DNA from: a virus
Taxonomy: Duplodnaviria; Caudoviricetes
IMG/VR virus record: IMGVR_UViG_3300028887_000070
Span: 64,001 to 128,000 of that record
Reading direction: 5' to 3' (one strand)
DNA: 64,000 nt
Of this stretch, positions 1-9,600 are shown in pieces (within the stretch, counting starts at the first letter, position 1; each line of letters begins with the position of its first letter). The notes beneath the pieces were generated by a model. That model searched no databases. It was not told the origin of the DNA and saw only the letters and a list, made by a program, of their open reading frames with translations. A program made the position numbers and the translations under genes.

Positions 1-300
1 ATGACTTACTACAAGAAAGCGAACCAGACAGACATTACAAGAAAAGAAGCTGTCTTTGTAACGAAGTATAATCACATTGTCGACAGAGTAGCTTCCAACG
101 TATGTGATTGGGTCCAGAATGAGGGGTTCGATATCAACTTCAATGACAATGGAGACCCATGCATGCAATTCACAGTAAAGGGACTTAACTTCAAAGTTTA
201 TGATTCAGCGGGCGATGGAGTTAGGTATTCCGACTATATGATCCTCAGTAGCGCGATCATGAGGCGCTATAGAGAGATTCTAAATCAAACACCGTTCTGA
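1..300 (+). CDS. hypothetical protein (start may lie outside window)
   Basis: 99-aa ORF co-directional with the downstream cluster; no recognisable motif. Confidence 0.6.
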   Translation: MTYYKKANQTDITRKEAVFVTKYNHIVDRVASNVCDWVQNEGFDINFNDNGDPCMQFTVKGLNFKVYDSAGDGVRYSDYMILSSAIMRRYREILNQTPF

Positions 301-825
301 TGAAAGGAGAAAGAACGATGAGGTTATACGAAAGAATCGCAAACGCAACTGCTAGACTCTCTATCGAATCTTATAACATAGTGAGCGTAATAGATCTTTT
401 CAATGTTAGGGCGAACTATTCTGCATTCTACCATTACAATCTTGATAACTGCCTTATGGTAAATTATACAGAGTGCTTTGACATACATTACTGTTTCGTA
501 TGCGATAACGGCTTTGTTGTTGAATATGAAGAAGAAAGATATAATATAAATCCCTATGACACCTATAATATCTATAACATAATGGTTCTCTATGGTGTTA
601 TGGGCTATAAGCAAAACGATATAGCTAAAGCACTGAACACTTCTGTGTCTACTATAGGAAATAGGATAAAGATAATCAAGCAGATATTAGAGGTATCCGA
701 TATAAAAGATTTAGATCCAGAAGATGCTGTCAAGATCAAATATGACCGTACCCACTTACGGTTATCTGATCTAAGCAACAGATTACAAGCAATCATCGAC
801 AAGTATGAAAGGAGAAAGAACGATG
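300..825 (+). repeat. exact 21-nt direct repeat ATGAAAGGAGAAAGAACGATG (300-320 and 805-825) carrying RBS and start codon
   Basis: Read directly in the sequence. Confidence 0.9.
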
Positions 826-848
826 GCAAGAATGAGTATAATGACTAA
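318..848 (+). CDS. small HTH DNA-binding protein, paralog 1 of 4
   Basis: RBS GAAAGGAG before ATG at 318; sigma-region-4-like HTH GYKQNDIAKALNTSVSTIGNRI. Confidence 0.7.
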   Translation: MRLYERIANATARLSIESYNIVSVIDLFNVRANYSAFYHYNLDNCLMVNYTECFDIHYCFVCDNGFVVEYEEERYNINPYDTYNIYNIMVLYGVMGYKQNDIAKALNTSVSTIGNRIKIIKQILEVSDIKDLDPEDAVKIKYDRTHLRLSDLSNRLQAIIDKYERRKNDGKNEYND

Positions 849-1251
849 AGCAAACAAGGCAGCTAAGAGACTTGGTATCCGTCCTAGTCAGATTACACAC
901 GTACATGATCTCTCAGAAGTCTCCTCAGAAGGAGCTAAGGGAATCATGATTGTATTCCAGGTAGCAGATGAGAAGTATGCTGCCATCGTGAGCGACAACG
1001 GACACATAAAGAAGTGGATCGTTGGCGAGAGACACGACAAGGTAGTTAACATGTCTACTAAGTCAAAGAAGACTATGAGACTCAACAACAACCAGTACAT
1101 CATATTCCTTCTGTATGCATACGGTTTCACACAGAGGGCAATAGCACATCTGATGGGTTGCAGCATAGAGCCCGTCAATAGAAGAATAGCAAACATTCGC
1201 CTTATGCTGGAGACTGCTAGTGTAGGCGACGAACTTGAAGAGGAGGACTAA
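823..1251 (+). CDS. small HTH DNA-binding protein, paralog 2 of 4
   Basis: Same RBS cassette as at 318; HTH GFTQRAIAHLMGCSIEPVNRRI. Confidence 0.7.
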   Translation: MARMSIMTKANKAAKRLGIRPSQITHVHDLSEVSSEGAKGIMIVFQVADEKYAAIVSDNGHIKKWIVGERHDKVVNMSTKSKKTMRLNNNQYIIFLLYAYGFTQRAIAHLMGCSIEPVNRRIANIRLMLETASVGDELEEED

Positions 1252-1253
1252 TT

Positions 1254-3062
1254 ATGAACAATCCACGTTTAACAATACCGTCACCTTGGATGACGGCAGA
1301 ACAACAGCACAAACCTTTAAAGACAACATTCGAGATCGATGGATACTCAGATCTAAGCACTATGCATACAGTCATTACTGTGAAGTCAGAAGGCTGTAAA
1401 GACATAACGCTGCATCTTGAAAGAGGTGGTAGAATCCCTGTCGATGACCCTAAAGATGGTTTCATAAGTTACTTCTTCAATGTACCAACACCAGGAGAGC
1501 CATCAAGTCGACTGGCATACATCAGAAAGTATAACAGTACAGATATCTCTTTGATGAATAAGTTCACGTTGTTCTTCACTAAGAACGAGTTTGAAAATGT
1601 CTTCGAAGAGCATGAACACTGCAATCTAACTAGAGGTAGAACTCTAACCAAACAGGACTACTGCTTCAATAGACCTATAGATCGTAGTATGTACGAAACA
1701 GGAGAAGCAGGAGAGTACAGAACACCTGAGGGTTATACAGGTGTATCATATCATAAGCGTAGTAAGGGTAATACTAATAAGTATGTCTCTGAATCTGTAA
1801 CTACACTTCCTTCAGTATATGCATCATACTACGAAAATGGAGATATCGGCAAGATCAGTGCTAACTTGGATGACATACACATAGATGTACATTACAATCG
1901 TGAAGGCAATATATGGGCTGTAGACTTCGGTGGTAATAGGGTATCATTAGACATAGACAAATTTATGTATAACATATCTACTACCATGGTAAAGTACTAT
2001 AGCGATCCAATCGGTAATCGCTTTTCATACACTAACATTGAACGATCTGTCAACAGTGATGTATGCACGAATGGTGTCATTGGATTTGTAAAAGAAGATG
2101 GATTCACTTCGTGCAATCCATTTGCTTCAAAGGATGAAGAGTTCATTGTAAACAAGATCTATGAAAGGGCAATGAATGAATTCATTCCAGAGGAGATCAA
2201 GAATCATGTCTTCAATAAGCGATCTCTCTTCTCTGTCAGAAAGATATCAACGCTGAACAATTCTTGTAGCTACTATCAGATTACGTATACCGATGACAAT
2301 GAAGTGAAGTACAATTCATTCTACAATAAATGTGCTATGCCGATCTATATAGCGTACTCATACACACAAGCTGATGGTAAGTATATTGAAGTGAAGAACT
2401 GTTATGATACGTTTATACCAGTATGGGCTAAAGAGGTCGTATATGAAACAATGACAGAGACTAGTCCTGATAAGTCGAACGTCAAGATCACAAACAGAAT
2501 AGGCAATACTACTGTCACGAAAGAGATCATCTATCTTGATCATGATAACAGAAACAAAACGTTATTCAAGGTCAATATAGAATCAATGATAAACAAGTAC
2601 CATGATATAGCTAAGTTCTTAAGCGATGTCATAGAAGGTGAAATCGATTTCAATGAGTATCTTGACGCTGTTGATGCTTACATAGATACCGAGAACGAGA
2701 GCAGGATAACTGTTCCAGTTCCAGAGTCTATCTATACATTCTTCAATAGTCTTATAGAAACAACAATGGATCATTCAACAATGGTTATACCTGTTACAAG
2801 TTTACCATACGGGAAGTTCAACTTTACCTACTTCAGAATGAACGACATCATAGACAACTTGATGGATCCTTGTAAGATTGATAGCTGGGTTCGTCAAAGT
2901 GGATCGTATTTCTATGAAGACGAAAGACTCAGACGTTACTTACAGCTCTTCAATAATATCGATTTCAACTCATTCATACTTCCTAAAGAAGAGGCTAAAG
3001 CATTGATTGAACGTGTAGATAAGCTGTTCCCAGAAGAAGACGGTGAAGGAGATGACTTTTGA
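1254..3062 (+). CDS. large hypothetical protein, paralog of 3738-5477
   Basis: 602 aa, RBS GAGGAGG; C-terminal DNLMDP..DSW..LQLFNNIDFNSFILP resembles the end of 3738-5477. Confidence 0.75.
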   Translation: MNNPRLTIPSPWMTAEQQHKPLKTTFEIDGYSDLSTMHTVITVKSEGCKDITLHLERGGRIPVDDPKDGFISYFFNVPTPGEPSSRLAYIRKYNSTDISLMNKFTLFFTKNEFENVFEEHEHCNLTRGRTLTKQDYCFNRPIDRSMYETGEAGEYRTPEGYTGVSYHKRSKGNTNKYVSESVTTLPSVYASYYENGDIGKISANLDDIHIDVHYNREGNIWAVDFGGNRVSLDIDKFMYNISTTMVKYYSDPIGNRFSYTNIERSVNSDVCTNGVIGFVKEDGFTSCNPFASKDEEFIVNKIYERAMNEFIPEEIKNHVFNKRSLFSVRKISTLNNSCSYYQITYTDDNEVKYNSFYNKCAMPIYIAYSYTQADGKYIEVKNCYDTFIPVWAKEVVYETMTETSPDKSNVKITNRIGNTTVTKEIIYLDHDNRNKTLFKVNIESMINKYHDIAKFLSDVIEGEIDFNEYLDAVDAYIDTENESRITVPVPESIYTFFNSLIETTMDHSTMVIPVTSLPYGKFNFTYFRMNDIIDNLMDPCKIDSWVRQSGSYFYEDERLRRYLQLFNNIDFNSFILPKEEAKALIERVDKLFPEEDGEGDDF

Positions 3063-3427
3063 TGGAAACTTTGATTGAGCGTACTAATGAGGCTCTTAAG
3101 TTCATGAAGATAGGTCACAACGATCTCATTAGAACTCAGAACCTTTATAGAAACATTCCTGGCAACAATGGACCTACACTTGTAGGTACAATTCTTGAGT
3201 ACTATAATAAAGACGGCGTGAGAACTTACGCCGTCTACACCCTTACGGGATGGGCAAAGGAATGGCCCATAGACAAAGGCGACATTCTTGATATGATCTG
3301 GTCGATGGAATACAATGACTTCTCATATGAAGAGATCGCTCAGATACTCAATATAACTAAAGAGTCTGCTGAGATGAAGCATAGAGAAGCATGCGAACGT
3401 AAACTTGGAGGGGACTACGATGGCTGA
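3062..3427 (+). CDS. small HTH DNA-binding protein, paralog 3 of 4
   Basis: ATG overlaps the upstream TGA; HTH DFSYEEIAQILNITKESAEMK. Confidence 0.7.
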   Translation: METLIERTNEALKFMKIGHNDLIRTQNLYRNIPGNNGPTLVGTILEYYNKDGVRTYAVYTLTGWAKEWPIDKGDILDMIWSMEYNDFSYEEIAQILNITKESAEMKHREACERKLGGDYDG

Positions 3428-3722
3428 TATATTTGGACGTGGTCTTGCTGCTTGCACGGTGATGGATATCGACCCCGACACAGTTATCAGCGTAAGGTCC
3501 ATCACTCTCGAAAAGCATCACAAAGTTAAAGATGTAGGTATATCGGTAGAAACTGATGACTACATAGGAGTTCTCATTGGAGACTTCGACAAATGTTATA
3601 AGAAGAGCACGGATTTAACAGTTATGAGAGAGATGCTCAAAGATGGTCTCAAGAAGACATACATCTCTCAGATTCTTGGTATAAGTCTGAACATAATAAA
3701 CGCGTTCAAGACTTCAATATAA
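3420..3722 (+). CDS. small HTH protein, paralog 4 of 4
   Basis: RBS GGAGGGG; C-terminal GLKKTYISQILGISLNII. Confidence 0.6.
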   Translation: MADIFGRGLAACTVMDIDPDTVISVRSITLEKHHKVKDVGISVETDDYIGVLIGDFDKCYKKSTDLTVMREMLKDGLKKTYISQILGISLNIINAFKTSI

Positions 3723-3737
3723 ACGGAGGTAATTACA

Positions 3738-5477
3738 ATGATCGAAATTAAGATAGAAGGACGCACAGACGGAACAACAGCTAATGCTACCATCGCTGTT
3801 GACTTAGATCCTAACATGAAGGAGTATCATGAAAGCTACAACTTCGAATTCAGCATAGACTCACTTGACCCTAACAGATCGACATTCTGGTATAAGTGTG
3901 AGCCGCTCTTTAATATCAGACATTCAACGTCAACATCTCCTCTTTCCAAAACAGAGGAACTTAACCTCTATGATAGAAACCATGAAGGAAAGACTACAAG
4001 ACTTGTTGAAACAAGAATGTCTGGTACAACAATTCTTCCCGACAACCACAGCAAGTTCTCTAAGAAGTTAAAAAATCCCAATAGAATCAAAGGATATAAG
4101 ATAAAGAGAAACTGTTACACAGAATCTCCTTTTAGTAATGGTAAGCGCTTTAAGTGCATTCTTACCAATGACAACAATCCTTTCCTCAAAGATGTAGAGT
4201 TCAAACTGCTCCCCGAGATATCATCAGAAGTGGTACCTTCGAGATACGAAGATGTCAATCGTCAGTTAATCTCTGTTGATCGCAGTATCATCGCAGAGGT
4301 TGAAAACCACGAGATTATTGGTTTAAAGTTCCTTAAGCTCGGTAAGAATATAGAAGTTTCTCATTCTGGTGACGATGCTTTTGGTTCTACTATCGTCAAA
4401 AAGAATGGAAAGATTGAAGCTATTCATCATAGCAAACAGATTGGCTATATAACAACTAATGAAAATGGTAGTGCTTCTTATAAGACATTAGCAGACGGCA
4501 ATGATGAGTATGAGTTTGCTATTAGCGGAAAGGCTATGAAGCTTACATGGAGTATAATGAAACATGATGAAGAGATGAAGAACGCTATAGAGAGAGCTGT
4601 AAACATTGCATGTTATGATGTAAATATCTATTACATAAAAGGTGATCAGAATGGTATGCCTGCTAAAGAATACTTCTACCTGACAAATCACAGCTCAATA
4701 TGGGCACTTTATAGAGCTGAAATGAGATTCGATAAGGAACTGAACGATTATGTCGCTCAGCCCATCAAGATAGCATATGAGAATCTCAAAGAATGTGGTG
4801 CTGATCACTACAGCTATAAGTGTACATACTACAATCGCTGCAGTGAACATGCTTACTCAAAGTGTATTGAAGATGACCCTGAATACTCTAGATACACTAT
4901 CGAAACAGAAGACTTTAAGGTGTACTGTAGAGTAGACAATCCTTGTCTCGATGGTGATAGAAAGTATATAGTAAAGATCACAAGACACACTGGCGGTAGC
5001 GGATACCTCTCATCAATAATCAAGAGATTTGACTCTATACATACTCATGGTTCTAATAACTATATCAAAGCCATTGAGTCTCTTATAGCTCATAATCATC
5101 CTGGAGAGAGTGAGCCTTTGGGGATATTCAGATACCTTAAGATGATAGAAGATATCTGCAAGAATCCGCATGATGCTATGAGACACTCTTGGTCATCTAC
5201 ATTCGTCGATACAGCTAACACACTCAGTATTGTAGACATCGATCTTCTTCTCAATCCTGGTGATACGATAAGCTGGGCAAAGCTTATACTTTGGGTTGAA
5301 GAAAGATATAAGTCTGATCCTACTTGTGAAGAGTTACTTCTTCTCGATAGAATCGTTTGGGAAGATTTCATGCTTCCTTCAAGTATGGAGTATGATAAAG
5401 TATCCAAGGTAGACGTAGACGAACACGAGATCCCTACAGCTTCCAATGCTTGTGAAGCAATGTATATGGATAACTAA
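3738..5477 (+). CDS. large hypothetical protein, paralog of 1254-3062
   Basis: 579 aa, RBS GGAGGT; C-terminal DLLLNP..ISW..LLLLDRIVWEDFMLP. Confidence 0.75.
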   Translation: MIEIKIEGRTDGTTANATIAVDLDPNMKEYHESYNFEFSIDSLDPNRSTFWYKCEPLFNIRHSTSTSPLSKTEELNLYDRNHEGKTTRLVETRMSGTTILPDNHSKFSKKLKNPNRIKGYKIKRNCYTESPFSNGKRFKCILTNDNNPFLKDVEFKLLPEISSEVVPSRYEDVNRQLISVDRSIIAEVENHEIIGLKFLKLGKNIEVSHSGDDAFGSTIVKKNGKIEAIHHSKQIGYITTNENGSASYKTLADGNDEYEFAISGKAMKLTWSIMKHDEEMKNAIERAVNIACYDVNIYYIKGDQNGMPAKEYFYLTNHSSIWALYRAEMRFDKELNDYVAQPIKIAYENLKECGADHYSYKCTYYNRCSEHAYSKCIEDDPEYSRYTIETEDFKVYCRVDNPCLDGDRKYIVKITRHTGGSGYLSSIIKRFDSIHTHGSNNYIKAIESLIAHNHPGESEPLGIFRYLKMIEDICKNPHDAMRHSWSSTFVDTANTLSIVDIDLLLNPGDTISWAKLILWVEERYKSDPTCEELLLLDRIVWEDFMLPSSMEYDKVSKVDVDEHEIPTASNACEAMYMDN

Positions 5478-5494
5478 AAACGACGCGAAGGATA

Positions 5495-5535
5495 GGCTAG
5501 AGCATAACGCTCTAGCCCGTCCCATTTATTTTTTT
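5495..5535 (+). terminator. intrinsic terminator
   Basis: GGCTAGAGC-ataac-GCTCTAGCC followed by a T-rich tract. Confidence 0.8.
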
Positions 5536-5609
5536 AGAAAGGAAGTACACATGAACTCTTTCAACCCTTACCATTATGTTACCTGGACGGACTAGATCAC
5601 TACTGACCG

Positions 5610-5621
5610 AACTTTATAATA
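5610..5621 (+). promoter_or_regulatory. AR9-type late promoter AACT-N6-TA
   Basis: AACTTTATAATA upstream of the RBS of 5649. Confidence 0.7.
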
Positions 5622-5648
5622 ATCAAATCTCGTAAAGGAGGGCTTAAC

Positions 5649-6590
5649 ATGCCTAAGAACTATGGTACAACCTACTTATATAACAAGTTTCCCTATGAGG
5701 AGAAAATTTTTAAGTTCATCATGAACGCTGAGCAGATCCCTGTAATGGACAGCTCATTCGACGACGTAAAGTATGAGTTCAAGAAGAGACAGCTCTCTCC
5801 TGCACTCACTAAAGTTCTTACATCTAAGAACGTTATCCTTCTTTCTGCTAAAGACGGAAAGCCTATCAACACTCAGTTCCGTGTATTCTGCTGCAAGGAT
5901 ATCAGAAGCAAGTCTAATGACCTTAAGGTCTTCATAGACGTTACTGGTATTGTATATAGAGACCGTGAAAGCAATGAGTTCAAGTGTCGTAACATCGACA
6001 TACTCATAGCAGACGTTCTGAATGCTATGGTAACTCTTATCTACCACAAGGCAGAAGATAAGATTCTCACTGTAACCATCGTTGAGCAGGCTATGAATGC
6101 TTTCTCTAGTCTTATGACACATGTAGTAGATTATCTCACTAAGATATCTGCTATCCCGTCAACTAAGAGTAAGTGTCAGTATCTCTGCTGCATCTACTTC
6201 GTAAGAAACATACTCTGCAAAAACTTTGACACAAATATGAAGCGTGTAGCTGGTAAGATCTGCGGACTCTCTGAAAGAGAACAGGATATGATCATCGCTA
6301 GCATAGACGAGGAAGATGACTTCATCAACCTCAAGTTCTTCATTGACTGTCTCTCTAGATCTATAAAGGCTCCTAGCCTCAAGATAGATAACATCGTGGA
6401 CAAGTGGATGTTCCTCTATGGTTCAAACACACCGTTTGCTATGGAGTACTTCCCTGCATTCTCAGCTATGCTGACTGATGCATATACTGGTGCTTACATG
6501 AACAACCAGAAGACAATCGAAAAGGTAATCGGCAACGTTCTCGTATCATATACAAAATCTGTTATTGAGAAAGGCAGTGTTTTAGTATGA
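5649..6590 (+). CDS. probable virion structural protein
   Basis: 313 aa, strong RBS and late promoter, first gene of a structural operon; function inferred from context. Confidence 0.55.
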   Translation: MPKNYGTTYLYNKFPYEEKIFKFIMNAEQIPVMDSSFDDVKYEFKKRQLSPALTKVLTSKNVILLSAKDGKPINTQFRVFCCKDIRSKSNDLKVFIDVTGIVYRDRESNEFKCRNIDILIADVLNAMVTLIYHKAEDKILTVTIVEQAMNAFSSLMTHVVDYLTKISAIPSTKSKCQYLCCIYFVRNILCKNFDTNMKRVAGKICGLSEREQDMIIASIDEEDDFINLKFFIDCLSRSIKAPSLKIDNIVDKWMFLYGSNTPFAMEYFPAFSAMLTDAYTGAYMNNQKTIEKVIGNVLVSYTKSVIEKGSVLV

Positions 6591-9586
6591 GCAATTTCAT
6601 AAGAGACGTGTCTGCTCGTTCAAGGGATATTCCCTTGAACGGGCTTCCTGCTATATACGAAGACTATAACTACCCTTCAGATACTACAAACAACTACGAA
6701 GAGCTCGGTAGTACTAGTCATCTGTTCAATCAACAGCCTATACAGCAGGTAGACTCGTATTATAACAATCTCTATAGACACACTATAGAGAGACTTAGAA
6801 CATGCACAGAAACATGGAACGACTATCATAACTCTAATGCGGTTCCTTTCTACATTCAGGAGCCAGTATCAGCGAGAATAAACGATGATACACTCCACAT
6901 GAGAGTCAACTCTGAGGATAGTGGTACATTCGTTCCAGACGCTTCTACATTTGTAGTAGAAGACCATATCATGAATGATAAGGACCTTGTGGCTAGTAGC
7001 GAAGTTATGACTACTAAGAGATTCACTTATCGTCTTAACTTCAATCCATATATGAACAACACAGAGAATCTTGAAGCTATGCATGAAGGGCACTCTCTGA
7101 AGTTCATCAATGGTACTATTCATATAGTATCCAGCTATGCAATACCACCAGTAGATGAGAATGATGAGGGTACTCTTGATACTCTCAATAGTCTTAAGGC
7201 AAACGTATTCGACTTCGATGTCAACAAAGCTATTAAGGCTTCTAAACTCAATGATAACTTCCTCGTTGATATAGCTCCCACGGCAGCTCAAGAAGAAGAC
7301 CTTCTAATAGATGGCGATACACCACTTGCCCTTGGTACTATCATTGATACTGGAATACCTTGCACACAAGAGGAACTTTGGAGAAGAGATATTATTGCCC
7401 CTTTCCTGTTCTTCATAGACGGTCATCCACTTGCTTGGCATAACGTAGTATTTACTTCAGACAAAAGAGATACTTACGTAACTCTTGTAGTTAGAACTAC
7501 CAATCTCAAGAATATAGTGTCTAATGAGCCTTACATTAGATGTGTCGGATTCCCGTTCCCTGTATACTATCTCACACCTAATAACTGGAATGATAGTATG
7601 ATAGAAGGTAAGTATGATCTGTTCTGTTGGAAAGGATTTGATGACACTTGGAGTGATCACATCTATCGTACAAGTAATCAGAGACAGTCAGCTTACAACT
7701 ATCTTCTTTACGCTATATACCCAGTACATGACGATATATACGTAGAAGACTTTGATATCAAGTTTGATGCCCTTCGTAAGTCTAACACAACCATGAATCC
7801 TCTGTACTACAATTACAAGTTCTCCACAAGCAATCTTCCTTATGAGAACAAGATCAAGAGGTCTAATGTCTTCTCATTCTTCTTCACTAAGGATTGTAAA
7901 GATAATACTGGTGCTAGAGGTGTCATCGCTCAGTTCGATAATACTGATCTCATAGATCTTACATGGCATCCATTCAATCATGTTAATGTCAAGGTGAATC
8001 CTGATACTATAGACTATGTAGAGAGATACTATAACAGTGAAGAGCTTAGACCTCTTTCACTCAACAGTATGTACTTCAGAGCTTTCTACAACAAGAAAGT
8101 AGTATATGACCAAGATAACGTTATGAGACTCTGGAACAAGACTCTTGTTAACCAAGATTATGAACGTTATGTAGCGACATTAGAATCAAACATCAAACTC
8201 TTCATAGATCGTATCTATGACCTTGCTCAGGATCCAGTATGGCAGATTCATATGGATATCATGCACTTCGACAACATGGAAGAAGGATCTACTCCTACAG
8301 ACGAGTTCATCTGGTATACGAACTATGAGACTAAGCTTAAGCTTCACGAGATAGCAGACGAAATGTTCTCTACAGATACTCAGATAGTTAAAGACACTAT
8401 CGGTGCTGTCATAGATGATGCCTTCGTAGCAGCTTTCAATCCTGATGCTCTTGATGAATGGTGTCTCCGTAAGAATCTTCCAGAGATGTTTGTCTATGGA
8501 GATAATATGGATCTCATCATCAACAACATTGGTCTTCTGGAAGAAGTGTTCGACTTTAAGTACAGAGATTACAATGACTACTTCAGAGATCTCTATGAAG
8601 CTACAGACTACATCATTGGATACGACCCTGATAAGATAGAGAAGTCTATCATCCATCCTACATTTAGCTATACTAAGACTGGAGCTGAAATGCAGTCTAT
8701 GATCTATATGGATCCAGATGATGGTTCTACTCTTAGAGTACCTATGGTAAATAGTGGTAATAGAGAGTCTAAGCTTATGCTCTTTAAGAATGGCCTTCTC
8801 TATTCTAAGTATAACACTATACGTGAAGATGGTCTCGATATCTTCTTCGAGATGGATAGGATAAATGACTGTCCTAACAACCCAAATGATATATGGGAGT
8901 TCGTATGGTTCCGTAATGTAAACAACGATGTCGTCAAGACAAGCTATCACAACAACACTGACGATAATCGTGCTACTATGTACTGCAGTGCTGGACATAT
9001 AATGGGTCAAACTACTTGGGGTAAGGTAATCGGATGCGATACTTCTGTATTCGCACCAGAAGACCTCATGGTAATGACAAACATCATCGACACTAACCCA
9101 TATAAAGAGAGAATCAAGCAGAACACTGATGCTCAGTTTACTGTAACCAAGTATCCTCTCTACTATCATATCTATTCATATGAAGCTCACCATAACGATC
9201 CTACCTATAATTACTATGGTGTATTCAAGTATATGGAGGACTACAAACTCAATGGTCTTCATAGAGTATCTCGTCAAGGTGGTGGAGAGTATTTCATTCA
9301 ACCACTCATAAGCAACTTCCTCAACTCAAGAAGTGTACGTTTCTCTAGCAATGATCCTAACCCAGATAGAATGGCTGAGTATAAAGCTAAGCCAGGTCTT
9401 GGCTCTCACTGCTTTGCATTCTGCTCCAAGATGAGTAATAGCCATACAGTCTTTGAAGGAGATGTACATGGTATCATACAGGTAGCTAAAGACAATAGCT
9501 GGTTCTATGGTACTAATATCAACCATATTCTTTGTGCTGCAGAAAATCCTCCTGCTTACTATACCATACACAAAGAAGAAGAATAA
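6587..9586 (+). CDS. large virion structural (tail/baseplate) protein
   Basis: 999 aa; repeated hydrophobic-F-x-(N/D)-G motifs (FFIDG, LFKNG) typical of beta-rich jumbo-phage virion proteins. Confidence 0.6.
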   Translation: MSNFIRDVSARSRDIPLNGLPAIYEDYNYPSDTTNNYEELGSTSHLFNQQPIQQVDSYYNNLYRHTIERLRTCTETWNDYHNSNAVPFYIQEPVSARINDDTLHMRVNSEDSGTFVPDASTFVVEDHIMNDKDLVASSEVMTTKRFTYRLNFNPYMNNTENLEAMHEGHSLKFINGTIHIVSSYAIPPVDENDEGTLDTLNSLKANVFDFDVNKAIKASKLNDNFLVDIAPTAAQEEDLLIDGDTPLALGTIIDTGIPCTQEELWRRDIIAPFLFFIDGHPLAWHNVVFTSDKRDTYVTLVVRTTNLKNIVSNEPYIRCVGFPFPVYYLTPNNWNDSMIEGKYDLFCWKGFDDTWSDHIYRTSNQRQSAYNYLLYAIYPVHDDIYVEDFDIKFDALRKSNTTMNPLYYNYKFSTSNLPYENKIKRSNVFSFFFTKDCKDNTGARGVIAQFDNTDLIDLTWHPFNHVNVKVNPDTIDYVERYYNSEELRPLSLNSMYFRAFYNKKVVYDQDNVMRLWNKTLVNQDYERYVATLESNIKLFIDRIYDLAQDPVWQIHMDIMHFDNMEEGSTPTDEFIWYTNYETKLKLHEIADEMFSTDTQIVKDTIGAVIDDAFVAAFNPDALDEWCLRKNLPEMFVYGDNMDLIINNIGLLEEVFDFKYRDYNDYFRDLYEATDYIIGYDPDKIEKSIIHPTFSYTKTGAEMQSMIYMDPDDGSTLRVPMVNSGNRESKLMLFKNGLLYSKYNTIREDGLDIFFEMDRINDCPNNPNDIWEFVWFRNVNNDVVKTSYHNNTDDNRATMYCSAGHIMGQTTWGKVIGCDTSVFAPEDLMVMTNIIDTNPYKERIKQNTDAQFTVTKYPLYYHIYSYEAHHNDPTYNYYGVFKYMEDYKLNGLHRVSRQGGGEYFIQPLISNFLNSRSVRFSSNDPNPDRMAEYKAKPGLGSHCFAFCSKMSNSHTVFEGDVHGIIQVAKDNSWFYGTNINHILCAAENPPAYYTIHKEEE

Positions 9587-9600
9587 GGAGGTGAATACAT

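Noticed and set aside
8186-9169. Long antisense ORFs (also 34213-35196, 51292-52023, 62976-63593)
   Set aside because: Shadows of well-supported genes caused by codon bias; no RBS, promoter or motifs
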